The notes beneath the pieces are model-generated. The model was not told where the DNA came from. It was given only the letters and a program-made list of their open reading frames with translations, and did no database searches. DNA of 64,000 bases. It comes from a virus. Its lineage: Duplodnaviria > Caudoviricetes. Made by a program: the position numbers and the translations under genes. This document shows positions 48,228 to 56,902 of this stretch, in pieces. The stretch lies in the IMG/VR virus record IMGVR_UViG_2639762904_000002, positions 3,973 through 67,972 of that record, one strand, 5' to 3'. Position 1 is the first letter of the stretch; each line of letters starts with the position of its first letter.

Positions 48228-48881
48228 ATGCAAACCTCTATTGTTACCCGCCTCGACGCCCTGAGTTGCACCGACCTCAGCGATGCGATGGACCGCCTGA
48301 AAATCGTTTGCCAGTGCACCGACATCATGCCTCTGGACCGGTCGTTCAACCTTACAGGCAAAGCCTGGACCCTGCGCTACGGCCCTATTGGCCTGGACGG
48401 CGGCTCGGTGGGTGACTACATCGACGACCTTGAGGCCGGCCAGGTGGTAGTGATCGACAACCAGGCGCGGCTCGACACCACCGTGTGGGGCGATTTGCTG
48501 ACCTCTACCGCCGCCCGTAAGCAGTTGGCCGGGACGGTGATTGACGGTATCTGCCGCGATGTCGACCGTGCGTTGGAGCTTAACTACCCGATCTTTTCCC
48601 GGGGGAACTGGATGCGCACCGGCAAGGATCGCGTGCGTGTCGAAGCGATCCAGGCGCCCGTTACGCTGGGTGGCGTGCGGGTACAACCCGATGATTGGTT
48701 GCGCGGCGACGGTGACGGCCTGGTGGTGATTCCGGCCGGCTCACTGAGCGAAGTGCTGGAGGTGGCCGAAGAAATCCACCAGGCCGAAGAACATATTCGT
48801 GCGGCTATCGAGGCGGGCGTTCCTTTACGCAAAGCTCGCGCCGATTACGGCTACCACGCTTTGCAGACTCCGCGCCGCTGA
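48228..48881 (+). CDS. RraA-family / HMG-CHA aldolase-like protein
   Basis: LSDAMD, WGDLL, IDGICRD, GDGDGLVVIP. Confidence 0.88.
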   Translation: MQTSIVTRLDALSCTDLSDAMDRLKIVCQCTDIMPLDRSFNLTGKAWTLRYGPIGLDGGSVGDYIDDLEAGQVVVIDNQARLDTTVWGDLLTSTAARKQLAGTVIDGICRDVDRALELNYPIFSRGNWMRTGKDRVRVEAIQAPVTLGGVRVQPDDWLRGDGDGLVVIPAGSLSEVLEVAEEIHQAEEHIRAAIEAGVPLRKARADYGYHALQTPRR

Positions 48882-48931
48882 CTGGCCGACGACAGAAGCC
48901 GCCGCGGGTGCGGCTTCAATTGATGCTGGCC

Positions 48932-49041
48932 GGGGTGGCCAATATCACCGACCCGATTAAGCGGGACTGGGTCTTGCGCAATACGGACGTGGCGGAAATC
49001 TGGAGTGTTGGCCGCAAGATGAAACTCCGCCTCGGTGCGAT
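48932..49041 (+). pseudogene. umuC: 110-bp umuC fragment, diverged copy of 42526-42635
   Basis: NITDP(I/V)KRDWVLRNTDVAE(I/V)W.VGRKMKL in both. Confidence 0.85.
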
Positions 49042-49178
49042 TTTTGCAGCCGGTCGCTGCTGGATAAGGTGGGCAAAAACTAAAAATCCGATCAGTGCCT
49101 TGAAAATGATGAGCTGACTTTTGCTTGCTCACATCTCAATGCCGGATAGAGAGAAGTCAGGGCATGAGTACGACCAGA

Positions 49179-49550
49179 CTATTTGGATTTACGCCCACTG
49201 GCCGGAAACAACCCTCTGATCACCCCAAGAAACGCCGCAAACAAGTTGATTGAAGTCGCCGTAGTGATGGCAATCAACACATTGTCCGAGAACGGCGCTT
49301 TACCCGAGTAATACGTCGACCAGCCATTCCACACCAGCAGGACCCCCCAGAAGATCACCCCGCACGCAGCGAACCAAAACGCACGCCCCGCATATTTCTT
49401 GCGCAGTTGCCTTTCAGCCTTCTGGTCTTTGAGGTTCTGGCTTCTTTCATCGTCGGTGCCTATGGCTTGCTCGCCACCGGCTTGGGTGTCCTGGTCAGGC
49501 CCTGCCACGGGGGGCAGGGTGAGTTCCAGGTTGTCGAGTTCTTCACTCAC
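49179..49550 (-). CDS. Two-TM membrane protein, putative toxin partner of Panacea antitoxin
   Basis: GTG start overlapping the upstream gene end; acidic N-terminus, two hydrophobic helices. Confidence 0.65.
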   Translation of the reverse strand: MSEELDNLELTLPPVAGPDQDTQAGGEQAIGTDDERSQNLKDQKAERQLRKKYAGRAFWFAACGVIFWGVLLVWNGWSTYYSGKAPFSDNVLIAITTATSINLFAAFLGVIRGLFPASGRKSK

Positions 49551-50031
49551 GGATGCGGCTCTTTGGGTGAATGAGTGCTGCCATGTCTTCCCAGTCAATA
49601 GCCGAACCGTCGGCGCCCTTGAGGGCCCAGGCTGTGCCGTCCTCGTGGGAAAGGTTGGACAGTTGGGTGCCGGACCATTTGCCGTATTTGTTAATGATCC
49701 GGTCAATCAAACGATGGGTGTAGGTATCGCTCTCAGGAACCCTCGGTGTTACGAAGACAATGTCTTCGGCGTCGGGCTTCAGGTTGCTGAGCAGTGCGGT
49801 CACCGGGCGATTACCGTAGGATTTCAACTCATGGTAAAGCGACGGGATGACCGGGCCATATTGCCAGCGGGCGAAGTGGTCATCCATCAGGGGCTGGTCC
49901 CGTTCGCGCAAATGCCAGGACTGTGTATAGAACAGCAGCTTCTGCAGCTTCATCGGGGTCAGGCCCGAAATCTTGCCTTCCTTCGCGCGTTCAATGAAGG
50001 CGTTAGCAACAGCTAGCGCTGAATAAGCCAT
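49543..50031 (-). CDS. Panacea-domain (DUF4065/SocA-like) antitoxin
   Basis: VANAFI, LTPMKLQKLLFY, WQYGPVIPSLY, LSNLSH...W. Confidence 0.88.
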   Translation of the reverse strand: MAYSALAVANAFIERAKEGKISGLTPMKLQKLLFYTQSWHLRERDQPLMDDHFARWQYGPVIPSLYHELKSYGNRPVTALLSNLKPDAEDIVFVTPRVPESDTYTHRLIDRIINKYGKWSGTQLSNLSHEDGTAWALKGADGSAIDWEDMAALIHPKSRIRE

Positions 50032-50161
50032 GAGCACCTCCGTCGTTGCTGGCTAGGTGATTGAGGAGTTTTATACATAGCCCCTGAATTGTCGATAAGC
50101 AAGGGACGTTGACATCCGTGGCGTCTCAATCAGGCCGCCCGCAAGAGTAGTGGGTAATCAA

Positions 50162-50177
50162 CTGTTTGCATATACAG
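50162..50177. promoter_or_regulatory. LexA box between the Panacea operon and the tailocin repressor
   Basis: CTGTTTGCATATACAG. Confidence 0.7.
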
Positions 50178-50272
50178 TATTTTGTTTCATGGTAAACAGA
50201 ATTGGCTGTTTAATGCATAAATATGCAAATTAGCATTTGCCAACTCCGAAAACTCCCGTCACTATCCGCGTT

Positions 50273-51007
50273 ATGCAAAAACGCAACGTTTCTATCGTCT
50301 TAAGAGAGCTGCTGGATCGCGACCGAATCTCCCCCACGGAGCTTCACCGGCGCACCGGCGTGCCTCAATCCACACTGTCCCGGATCCTCAGCGGCAAGAT
50401 CGTTGATCCGTCGGATAAACACATCTCGCGCATCGCCGAGTATTTTCGCGTGAGCACCGACCAACTGCGCGGGCGCGCTGCGGTGGGTGGGTTGCGCGAT
50501 GACGGGCGCGACCCGATGCATTCGGAACTCAAGGACATAAGCCTGTGGGACGATGACACTCCCGTCAATGATGACGAGGTGTCGATCCCCTTTCTGCGCG
50601 AGGTTGAATTGGCTGCTGGATCAGGAAGATTTGTCATCGAGGAAAGCGAGAAGGCCAGCCTGCGGTTCGGCAAGCGTAGCCTGCGGCATAACGGCGTGCA
50701 GTTCGACCAGGCCAAGTGCGTGACGGTGCGCGGCAACAGTATGCTGCCGGTACTGCGTGATGGCGCCACGGTTGGCGTGAACGCCGGCAAGAGCGGCATT
50801 GGCGATATCGTCGATGGTGATCTGTATGCCATCAACCACAACGGCCAACTGCGGGTCAAACAGCTCTACCGCCTGCCTTCGGGAATCCGCCTGCGCAGCT
50901 TCAATCGTGATGAGCATCCGGATGAGGACTACAGCTTCCAGGATATCCAGGATGAGCAGATCAGCATTCTCGGGCATGTTTTCTGGTGGGGCATGTACGC
51001 CCGCTAA
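50273..51007 (+). CDS. prtR: PrtR-like tailocin repressor (HTH + S24)
   Basis: GVPQSTLSRIL HTH; GNSMLP, RVKQL; position at head of tailocin cluster. Confidence 0.88.
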   Translation: MQKRNVSIVLRELLDRDRISPTELHRRTGVPQSTLSRILSGKIVDPSDKHISRIAEYFRVSTDQLRGRAAVGGLRDDGRDPMHSELKDISLWDDDTPVNDDEVSIPFLREVELAAGSGRFVIEESEKASLRFGKRSLRHNGVQFDQAKCVTVRGNSMLPVLRDGATVGVNAGKSGIGDIVDGDLYAINHNGQLRVKQLYRLPSGIRLRSFNRDEHPDEDYSFQDIQDEQISILGHVFWWGMYAR

Positions 51008-51024
51008 CCTCCTCGCGTAAGACG

Positions 51025-51051
51025 AAACCCGCCCATGAGCGGGTTTTTTTT
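51025..51051 (+). terminator. Intrinsic terminator after repressor
   Basis: AAACCCGC-ccatga-GCGGGTTTTTTTT. Confidence 0.75.
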
Positions 51052-51094
51052 CGCCCGCAGAAAACCGCCAAACCCCAAGCCCGCAAGGCTTCAA

Positions 51095-51167
51095 ATGCAT
51101 CCGTGCATTTCCATAGCAAAAATAAATGCATTTGTGCATTGACTGTATATGCATACATGCATATTCT
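51095..51167 (+). promoter_or_regulatory. Tailocin promoter overlapped by ATGCA-N4-TGCAT palindromes
   Basis: TTGACT(51139)-17 bp-TATTCT(51162); palindromes at 51095, 51126, 51149. Confidence 0.65.
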
Positions 51168-51199
51168 TCACCTCAAGCCAGCCAACAAGGCCTGGTGGA

Positions 51200-51303
51200 G
51201 GCGGCAAGGATGCTGCCAAGGAAGACAAGGAAGGCACGCAACATCGGCAAGGACGCCATCGAAGCGATGGCAGGGATGCCAGGCAACACCGGCAAGGATG
51301 CCG
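51200..51303 (+). repeat. Cluster of GGA-loop hairpins (RsmA/CsrA-site-like) in tailocin leader
   Basis: GGCGGCAAGGATGCTGCC, GGCAAGGACGCC, TGGCAGGGATGCCA, CGGCAAGGATGCCG. Confidence 0.7.
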
Positions 51304-51502
51304 ACGCTCTTTAGTTTCAACGCTTCAAAAACAGGCAGCGATGAACCGGCCTTGACGGTTCAGAGGGTTGGCAACTGACCCGGGTGTGCAGCGTAAAGCA
51401 CCAGAAGCAGTTATCCGGCAGACAGGGATCGTGGTCGGAAAAACATTGAGGAAAGGACCGTACCGCGCCAGTAGCGCCGAAAGTCCGAGGACAGCATTAC
51501 TG

Positions 51503-51527
51503 AAAAGCCCGGGCAACCGGGCTTTTT
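51503..51527 (+). terminator. Terminator-like hairpin before tailocin holin
   Basis: AAAAGCCCGG-gcaa-CCGGGCTTTTT. Confidence 0.7.
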
Positions 51528-51597
51528 GGAATGCCTACCTATCGAAGCATGTGTAAATGAAATATGGATTATTAATTGCTCAGCCAGGAGGCGTGAC

Positions 51598-51936
51598 ATG
51601 ACAAATGAACAGCAAGCGTTAGCGGAAATGCCTATCTGGCTGGTGATCGTATTGGCCGTGGTCGGCGGAGTGTCTGGAGAAATGTGGCGCGCCGACAAGG
51701 AAGGTGCCCGCGGTTGGTCGTTGATCCGTCGTCTGGCGCTGCGCTCCGGGGCCTGCATGGTCTGCGGGGTTTCGGCGCTGATGCTGTGCTACGCCGCCGG
51801 CATGTCGATCTGGACCGCCGGCGCCATTGGTTGCCTCACCGCTATGGCCGGTGCCGATGTGGCCATCGGCCTTTATGAGCGGTGGGCGGCCAAGCGCATC
51901 GGGATCAACCAAGGCTCCGGCCAGGACCCGCAGTAA
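51598..51936 (+). CDS. Tailocin holin
   Basis: AGGAGG RBS; paralog of 12830-13174. Confidence 0.85.
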   Translation: MTNEQQALAEMPIWLVIVLAVVGGVSGEMWRADKEGARGWSLIRRLALRSGACMVCGVSALMLCYAAGMSIWTAGAIGCLTAMAGADVAIGLYERWAAKRIGINQGSGQDPQ

Positions 51937-51959
51937 TTGTTGCAAGGACGCTACTCAAA

Positions 51960-52475
51960 ATGACGCTTATCGAAAAGCCATCCCAACTGCCCCAGGCCGT
52001 GGGCGCTGCGCTGCATGCAGCCTTCCCGGACCTCAAGGTCGGCAGTCATCAGGACTTCCAGGGCGACACTGAAAAAACCGGTGTGCAGGTCACCGTCGAA
52101 GGCAATGGCCCGGGCATTCGCTCTCGCGAAGGGCGCAAGGCCCACGTGCTGAGCATCTCACTCAGGGCCATAGTCGCCCCCGGTGCATTGCCGTTCGATG
52201 CCTGCGACCTGGCCAGCCAACTGATGGACCTGGTGCTGGATAACCGTTGGAACCTGCCCCAGGCACAGTGCGATTTGCCCGCCAATATCGTCGCCGCTCC
52301 AGCTGTGCGCAGCACCCTTGATGCGGACTACGACACCTGGACGGTTTCCTTCACCCAAACCGTCTATCTGGGGCCGCCGTTACTTGAAGATCCTACAGGC
52401 CAGCCGCTGTTTGCCTGCACTTGGGACGTCTCCAACATCGACGACCCGGCCCAATACAAGCCACTGGCGGAGTAG
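51960..52475 (+). CDS. Tailocin tail completion-like protein
   Basis: Position; WTVSFTQTVYLG. Confidence 0.7.
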   Translation: MTLIEKPSQLPQAVGAALHAAFPDLKVGSHQDFQGDTEKTGVQVTVEGNGPGIRSREGRKAHVLSISLRAIVAPGALPFDACDLASQLMDLVLDNRWNLPQAQCDLPANIVAAPAVRSTLDADYDTWTVSFTQTVYLGPPLLEDPTGQPLFACTWDVSNIDDPAQYKPLAE

Positions 52476-52478
52476 CCC

Positions 52479-53090
52479 ATGTTCGACGCGCTGTTACGCA
52501 TGCAATTGGGACCGATCATCGAACGCCTGGCGGAAATGGAGAACCAACTCGAAGACCTTTACCGCCGCGCTGAAAGCTTTTGCCGGATTGGCATTTGCCA
52601 GCAGGTCGATGCGGCCAGCAATACCTGCCAGGTCAGCCACGGTGACTTGCTCACCCCAGCGATCCGCTTTTTCAATCCCAGCGCCGGTGCGCAAACCGAA
52701 ACCCGCATTCCAACAGTGGGCGAACAATGTCTGTTGCTCAACTACGGGGGCGGGGAAGGCGGTGCGCAGTCCGTGGCCCTGTTTGGTCTCAACAGTGATC
52801 GTTTTCCACCGGTCTCCAGTGTTGCGACGCTGACCCGGCGTCGCCATCAAGATGGCACCCAAAGCGACTATGACGATGCCAGTCATACCTTCAATTGGGT
52901 CAATGGCCCCACCACCTTCAGCGGCTCCCGCGAACAAGTCGACGTCAAGGTCGGCGCCACCAGCCTGACCCTCAACGCCCAGGGCATCATCCTGCAGATC
53001 GGTGGCACAAGCCTGTTGCTGGATGCCGGCGGCGCGCACTTCAGCGGCCCGGTGGTGGACCATCAAGGACGACTCATCAGCCCCCGATAA
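52479..53090 (+). CDS. Tailocin baseplate spike gpV
   Basis: PTVGEQC, DGTQSDYD. Confidence 0.88.
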   Translation: MFDALLRMQLGPIIERLAEMENQLEDLYRRAESFCRIGICQQVDAASNTCQVSHGDLLTPAIRFFNPSAGAQTETRIPTVGEQCLLLNYGGGEGGAQSVALFGLNSDRFPPVSSVATLTRRRHQDGTQSDYDDASHTFNWVNGPTTFSGSREQVDVKVGATSLTLNAQGIILQIGGTSLLLDAGGAHFSGPVVDHQGRLISPR

Positions 53091-53099
53091 GGACATCCC

Positions 53100-53433
53100 A
53101 TGCTCGGAATCGAGAGGAACACCGGCGCAGCCGTCGATGACTGGCTGCAATTTGTGCAGCGCGCCACCCGAGCGCTGACCACCCCCGTGGGCACTCGGCA
53201 AAAGCGTCCGTTTTACGGCTCGCTGATCCCACAACTGCTCGGCCAGAATCATCGGTGATGACCTGCTGATCCTCGCCCAAAGCCACGCCGCCCAGGCGTT
53301 CTACAACACCCACAATGGCATCGACGATTTTGAACCCCAGGTCATCGTCGCCACCCGTCAAGGCGCCGGCCTGCTGCTGCGGTTTGCCGGCACCTGGAAA
53401 AACCGCCAACAAACCTTCGAGGTCGTGACATGA
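53100..53433 (+). pseudogene. Tailocin baseplate gpW/gp25 with +1 frameshift near 53251
   Basis: TPVGTRQKRPFYGS motif, early stop; 334 nt; removing one base gives a frame ending at the ATGA overlap with gpJ. Confidence 0.8.
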
Positions 53434-54425
53434 GCATGTTGATCCCCGGCCAGAACCAGCTGGCGGAACCGGCCATCATCAAGGTGGATGAGTTCGAACC
53501 GTTGCTCGCCGAGTTCAAGGCGTTTGTCATCGACTACGTTGCCAGCCGAGCTCCGCAAAGCGCGGCCAAACTCAAAGTCAGCCTCGACAACGAAAGCGAA
53601 CTGCTGACCCTGGCCCTGGAAGCGTTTTGCGTGCGCCTGCAAACCCACGAGCGCAAATACAACGCGCGTATCAAGCAGATGCTCGCGTGGTGGGCCACCG
53701 GCAGCAACCTGGATGCGCGCCTGGCCGATATGGGTCTGGAACGCCAAGTGCTCGACCCTGGCGACCCTGCTGCTTTCCTGCCGGTACCGCCCACCCTGGA
53801 AAGCGACGACGACGCTCGCCTGCGTTACTACCTGGCGCCCCATGCTCCGGCGGCCGGCTCGCGGATGCAGTATCGCCGCGAAGTGTTCACCCTTGGCGAG
53901 CGTCCTGCGGTGAAAGTGCAGAGTGCGACGCCGGGAGTGGTGACTGTCATCTACACCTTCGATCCGGATGGTTATGCGGCCCAGGTCAAGGACGGCAACG
54001 CTCGACGCACCGCACCGGGCGAAGTCATGGTTACCGTACTTTCCAGGGAGGGCGACGGCACACCATCTGCCGACTTGCTTAACGGTGTGCGTCGACATTT
54101 CGCACGGCCTGATGTAAGGCCGGAAACCGATCTTGTCACCGTCCAGGGCGCTCAGATTCAACCTTACAAGATTCGCGTGGTGGCCAAGATCAACGCCGGC
54201 CCGGACTCGGGGCTGACCCAGGTAGCGGCGCAGAAACTGCTGCAAGACTACGCAGAGTCCTGCCATCGCCTGGAGGGGCGGGTTGACCCCAGCTGGATCG
54301 ACTACGCCATCCACAGTGCCGGCGCTGCGCAACTGCAAATCCTTGAACCGTTGGCGCCGATTGTCAGCACCGCGTTCCAGGCGCCGTATTGCACAGGTGT
54401 CGAGGTGGAGGTGCGCACGCTATGA
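53430..54425 (+). CDS. Tailocin baseplate gpJ
   Basis: ATGSNLD, ESDDDAR, VRPETD.VTV, APYCT. Confidence 0.9.
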   Translation: MSMLIPGQNQLAEPAIIKVDEFEPLLAEFKAFVIDYVASRAPQSAAKLKVSLDNESELLTLALEAFCVRLQTHERKYNARIKQMLAWWATGSNLDARLADMGLERQVLDPGDPAAFLPVPPTLESDDDARLRYYLAPHAPAAGSRMQYRREVFTLGERPAVKVQSATPGVVTVIYTFDPDGYAAQVKDGNARRTAPGEVMVTVLSREGDGTPSADLLNGVRRHFARPDVRPETDLVTVQGAQIQPYKIRVVAKINAGPDSGLTQVAAQKLLQDYAESCHRLEGRVDPSWIDYAIHSAGAAQLQILEPLAPIVSTAFQAPYCTGVEVEVRTL

Positions 54426-55060
54426 GTGAGCCTAAAGCGAGTTTGTTGCCGGCCAACAGTTCACCGCTGGAAAAGGCGTTGGACTTGGGCTTCGGCACGT
54501 TGCTTGAGCGAGTCACACCGCCGTTTCCAGCGCTGATGAATCCACTTCAAACCCCAAGCGAATTCCTCCCTTACCTGGCCGCCGACCGCGGCGTCAGCGA
54601 ATGGGATGCCGAGGCCAGCGAGGCGGAAAAGCGCCTGACCGTGGCGTTGTCCTGGCAGATCCAGCGCCAGGCCGGTACGCCCAAGGCGCTGAGTCATGCG
54701 GTGGAGTCATTGGGTTTTACTCCCAACATCAGCGCCTGGTATCAGCAGCGCCCCTTGGGTGTGCCTTACACCTTCGACGTGCAGGCGATCATCGGGCGCA
54801 GTTGGTCCAGCGGTGATCACAACCGGCTGATCCGGCGTATCAATGCGGCCAAGAGTGAGCGCGACCAGGCGACGATTACCATCGTGCATGAGACCGAAGG
54901 TCAGCTTGCGCTCACGCAAGTACTCGACGCCCCTTTAAGCGACGGCGAGTTCTATCTAAACGGCGCGCTGCCGGAATTGGCGCTGATTGCCCGGTTAAAC
55001 AGTGCCGGGGTTGCCCAGCACTACACCATTAACGACTACGACCTCAGGGCGCAGCCATGA
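54422..55060 (+). CDS. Tailocin tail protein I
   Basis: SLLPANSSPLE, LPYLA, AGT. Confidence 0.88.
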   Translation: MSEPKASLLPANSSPLEKALDLGFGTLLERVTPPFPALMNPLQTPSEFLPYLAADRGVSEWDAEASEAEKRLTVALSWQIQRQAGTPKALSHAVESLGFTPNISAWYQQRPLGVPYTFDVQAIIGRSWSSGDHNRLIRRINAAKSERDQATITIVHETEGQLALTQVLDAPLSDGEFYLNGALPELALIARLNSAGVAQHYTINDYDLRAQP

Positions 55061-55587
55061 CAGATGAAATCACGCGCCTGGTGCGCTTCACTTCCAAAGG
55101 TTTGGATGAAGTGCTGCAGGCAAAGAACCAAGGCCTCAAAGGCGAAATCACCCATATCGGCGCCGGCACTGGCCGCTATACCCCCGACGGCACAGAAGTG
55201 GCCTTGCGTGACGAGCGCCAACGGGTGGCCATCGTCGATTACGAAGACCTGGGCGAGCGCCAACTCAGGATGGCCGCGCTGTTTGATGGCGACGGTGAGT
55301 ATGAGATTGGCGAGTTCGGTTTTTACCTCGCCAGTGGGACTTTGCTGGCGGTGTATTCCGTGGCGGGGAAGTTGCTGACGTATAAAGCGGCGGCGGCGCG
55401 AGTGCTGCAGAAGTTTACGCTGGATGTTTCGCCGTTGCCGGCGGATAGCGTGACGATTGTGGTGGGGAGTGAGAATTTGAATGTGCTATTGACTGATGAA
55501 ATTGCGGCCTTGTCGGCCGCGAGTATAGACAATATGGCACGCGGTGTAGGGGTTCTATTTCGGGTGATGGAAGTCGAAAAGAAATAG
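55057..55587 (+). CDS. Tailocin tail-collar/fibre anchor protein
   Basis: ITHIGAG, IGEFGFYLASGTLLAV. Confidence 0.8.
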   Translation: MTDEITRLVRFTSKGLDEVLQAKNQGLKGEITHIGAGTGRYTPDGTEVALRDERQRVAIVDYEDLGERQLRMAALFDGDGEYEIGEFGFYLASGTLLAVYSVAGKLLTYKAAAARVLQKFTLDVSPLPADSVTIVVGSENLNVLLTDEIAALSAASIDNMARGVGVLFRVMEVEKK

Positions 55588-55640
55588 AGCGTTTTTAATT
55601 GATTTTACATGACGCTCTCCAAGCGTTTAGGAGCCTTAAT

Positions 55641-56393
55641 TTGAGTACTGAACAGCAACTTGCTGCCGTCGTTAGTGCGGCAAATAACTTGACTAACGTT
55701 ATTACCGGAAAAGTCGGAGAAATTGACAAGGCGATAGCGGATGCCCGCTTGGCGTATGACGCTCAATTGGCGGAGTTGAAAAATAGACTCCCAAGGTTAG
55801 CGGTCACCAAGAACTTCAATCTTTCCCCCAATGCCGACGGGACACTGATTGAAAACTGGGGGATTCATGCAGAAGTGACACCCACTAAGTTGCGAACTAT
55901 CACCCCTGTCTCTCAAGCGGCCGGACGCCCGCAGGCTGATGTGGATTTCATGCTTCAGGTGCAGGCAGATGTGCGTGAACAATATCCAAACTTTGAAATC
56001 AGGGCGAGCGACTATTGGCGCACGTTTGTATATCTGTGGCAAATGAAATGGTCGGTTTCAGGCGTTAGTCCTTGGCTTGCGTTCCCTTACACGGTCGATA
56101 TGGCGCTCGCGAATGGCTCTGGTGCAGTACCGCAGAACTCCTACCTGACGGTAGGTGCCTTCGTGCGTCTTTTGGAAGGTAACGTGTCTGGAGCATGGAG
56201 TAATGGCGTTGAGAAAGGCAAATGGCGCTGGTGTTCCAGTGTCATTTCTCCTACGGAATTGTTTGGTAGTTATTACCATCTGCACCCGATGCGCACCTCA
56301 TCAACTGGCGTTGTTGAGGTGATGCTGGCAGGGGCTTGCACAGGCGTTGTAACCAACCCAGGTGACTGGGGCACGATGTTGGCTCTAGGCTGA
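55641..56393 (+). CDS. Tailocin receptor-binding fibre protein (putative)
   Basis: AGGAG then TTG; N-terminal coiled coil; lower GC; between collar and chaperone. Confidence 0.7.
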   Translation: MSTEQQLAAVVSAANNLTNVITGKVGEIDKAIADARLAYDAQLAELKNRLPRLAVTKNFNLSPNADGTLIENWGIHAEVTPTKLRTITPVSQAAGRPQADVDFMLQVQADVREQYPNFEIRASDYWRTFVYLWQMKWSVSGVSPWLAFPYTVDMALANGSGAVPQNSYLTVGAFVRLLEGNVSGAWSNGVEKGKWRWCSSVISPTELFGSYYHLHPMRTSSTGVVEVMLAGACTGVVTNPGDWGTMLALG

Positions 56394-56402
56394 GGAGAGA
56401 AT

Positions 56403-56639
56403 ATGAAACCACAATTTATACCTGCGGAACTCCATCCGATTATCAAGTGGGAAATGATTCGTAAGGCAAGGGATCAAGACTTGTCGGCGAGTGATTATGC
56501 AGCAATGCCAGACTATCCGATGCTCGACAGTCACAAGCTCATATTTGCTGAATATCGCCAGAAGCTGCGTGATATTCCAGATCAGGGAGACGATCCAGAC
56601 ACAGTACTCTGGCCATCCAAACCCGATTTCCTAAAGTAA
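56403..56639 (+). CDS. Tail fibre assembly chaperone
   Basis: RDQDLSASDY, YRQKLRDIP, WPSKP. Confidence 0.85.
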   Translation: MKPQFIPAELHPIIKWEMIRKARDQDLSASDYAAMPDYPMLDSHKLIFAEYRQKLRDIPDQGDDPDTVLWPSKPDFLK

Positions 56640-56726
56640 CTGACAACCGCGAAAGCGGTTTTTTTTCGCCTCCCCAAAGCCCCTCCTCGCAGGGGCTTTG
56701 GCGTTCCACACCCGGAGAATTCACTT

Positions 56727-56900
56727 ATGTCTGATCGTCAAACTTACACCGTCCTCATCCCATTCCCCATCGGCAACGGCCATTGGTCCACCGCCGGCGA
56801 GGAACTGGAACTGCTCGACGTCGAAGCATCCGCCCTACGCACCGCTGGCCGCCTGGAACTGACCAGCGTCCTCAATTCCACCCCCAAGAAGGCTGAATAA
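56727..56900 (+). CDS. Small hypothetical tailocin protein (57 aa)
   Basis: GGAG RBS; MSDRQTYTVLIPFP...; stop 2 nt before sheath start. Confidence 0.65.
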   Translation: MSDRQTYTVLIPFPIGNGHWSTAGEELELLDVEASALRTAGRLELTSVLNSTPKKAE

Positions 56901-56902
56901 CC

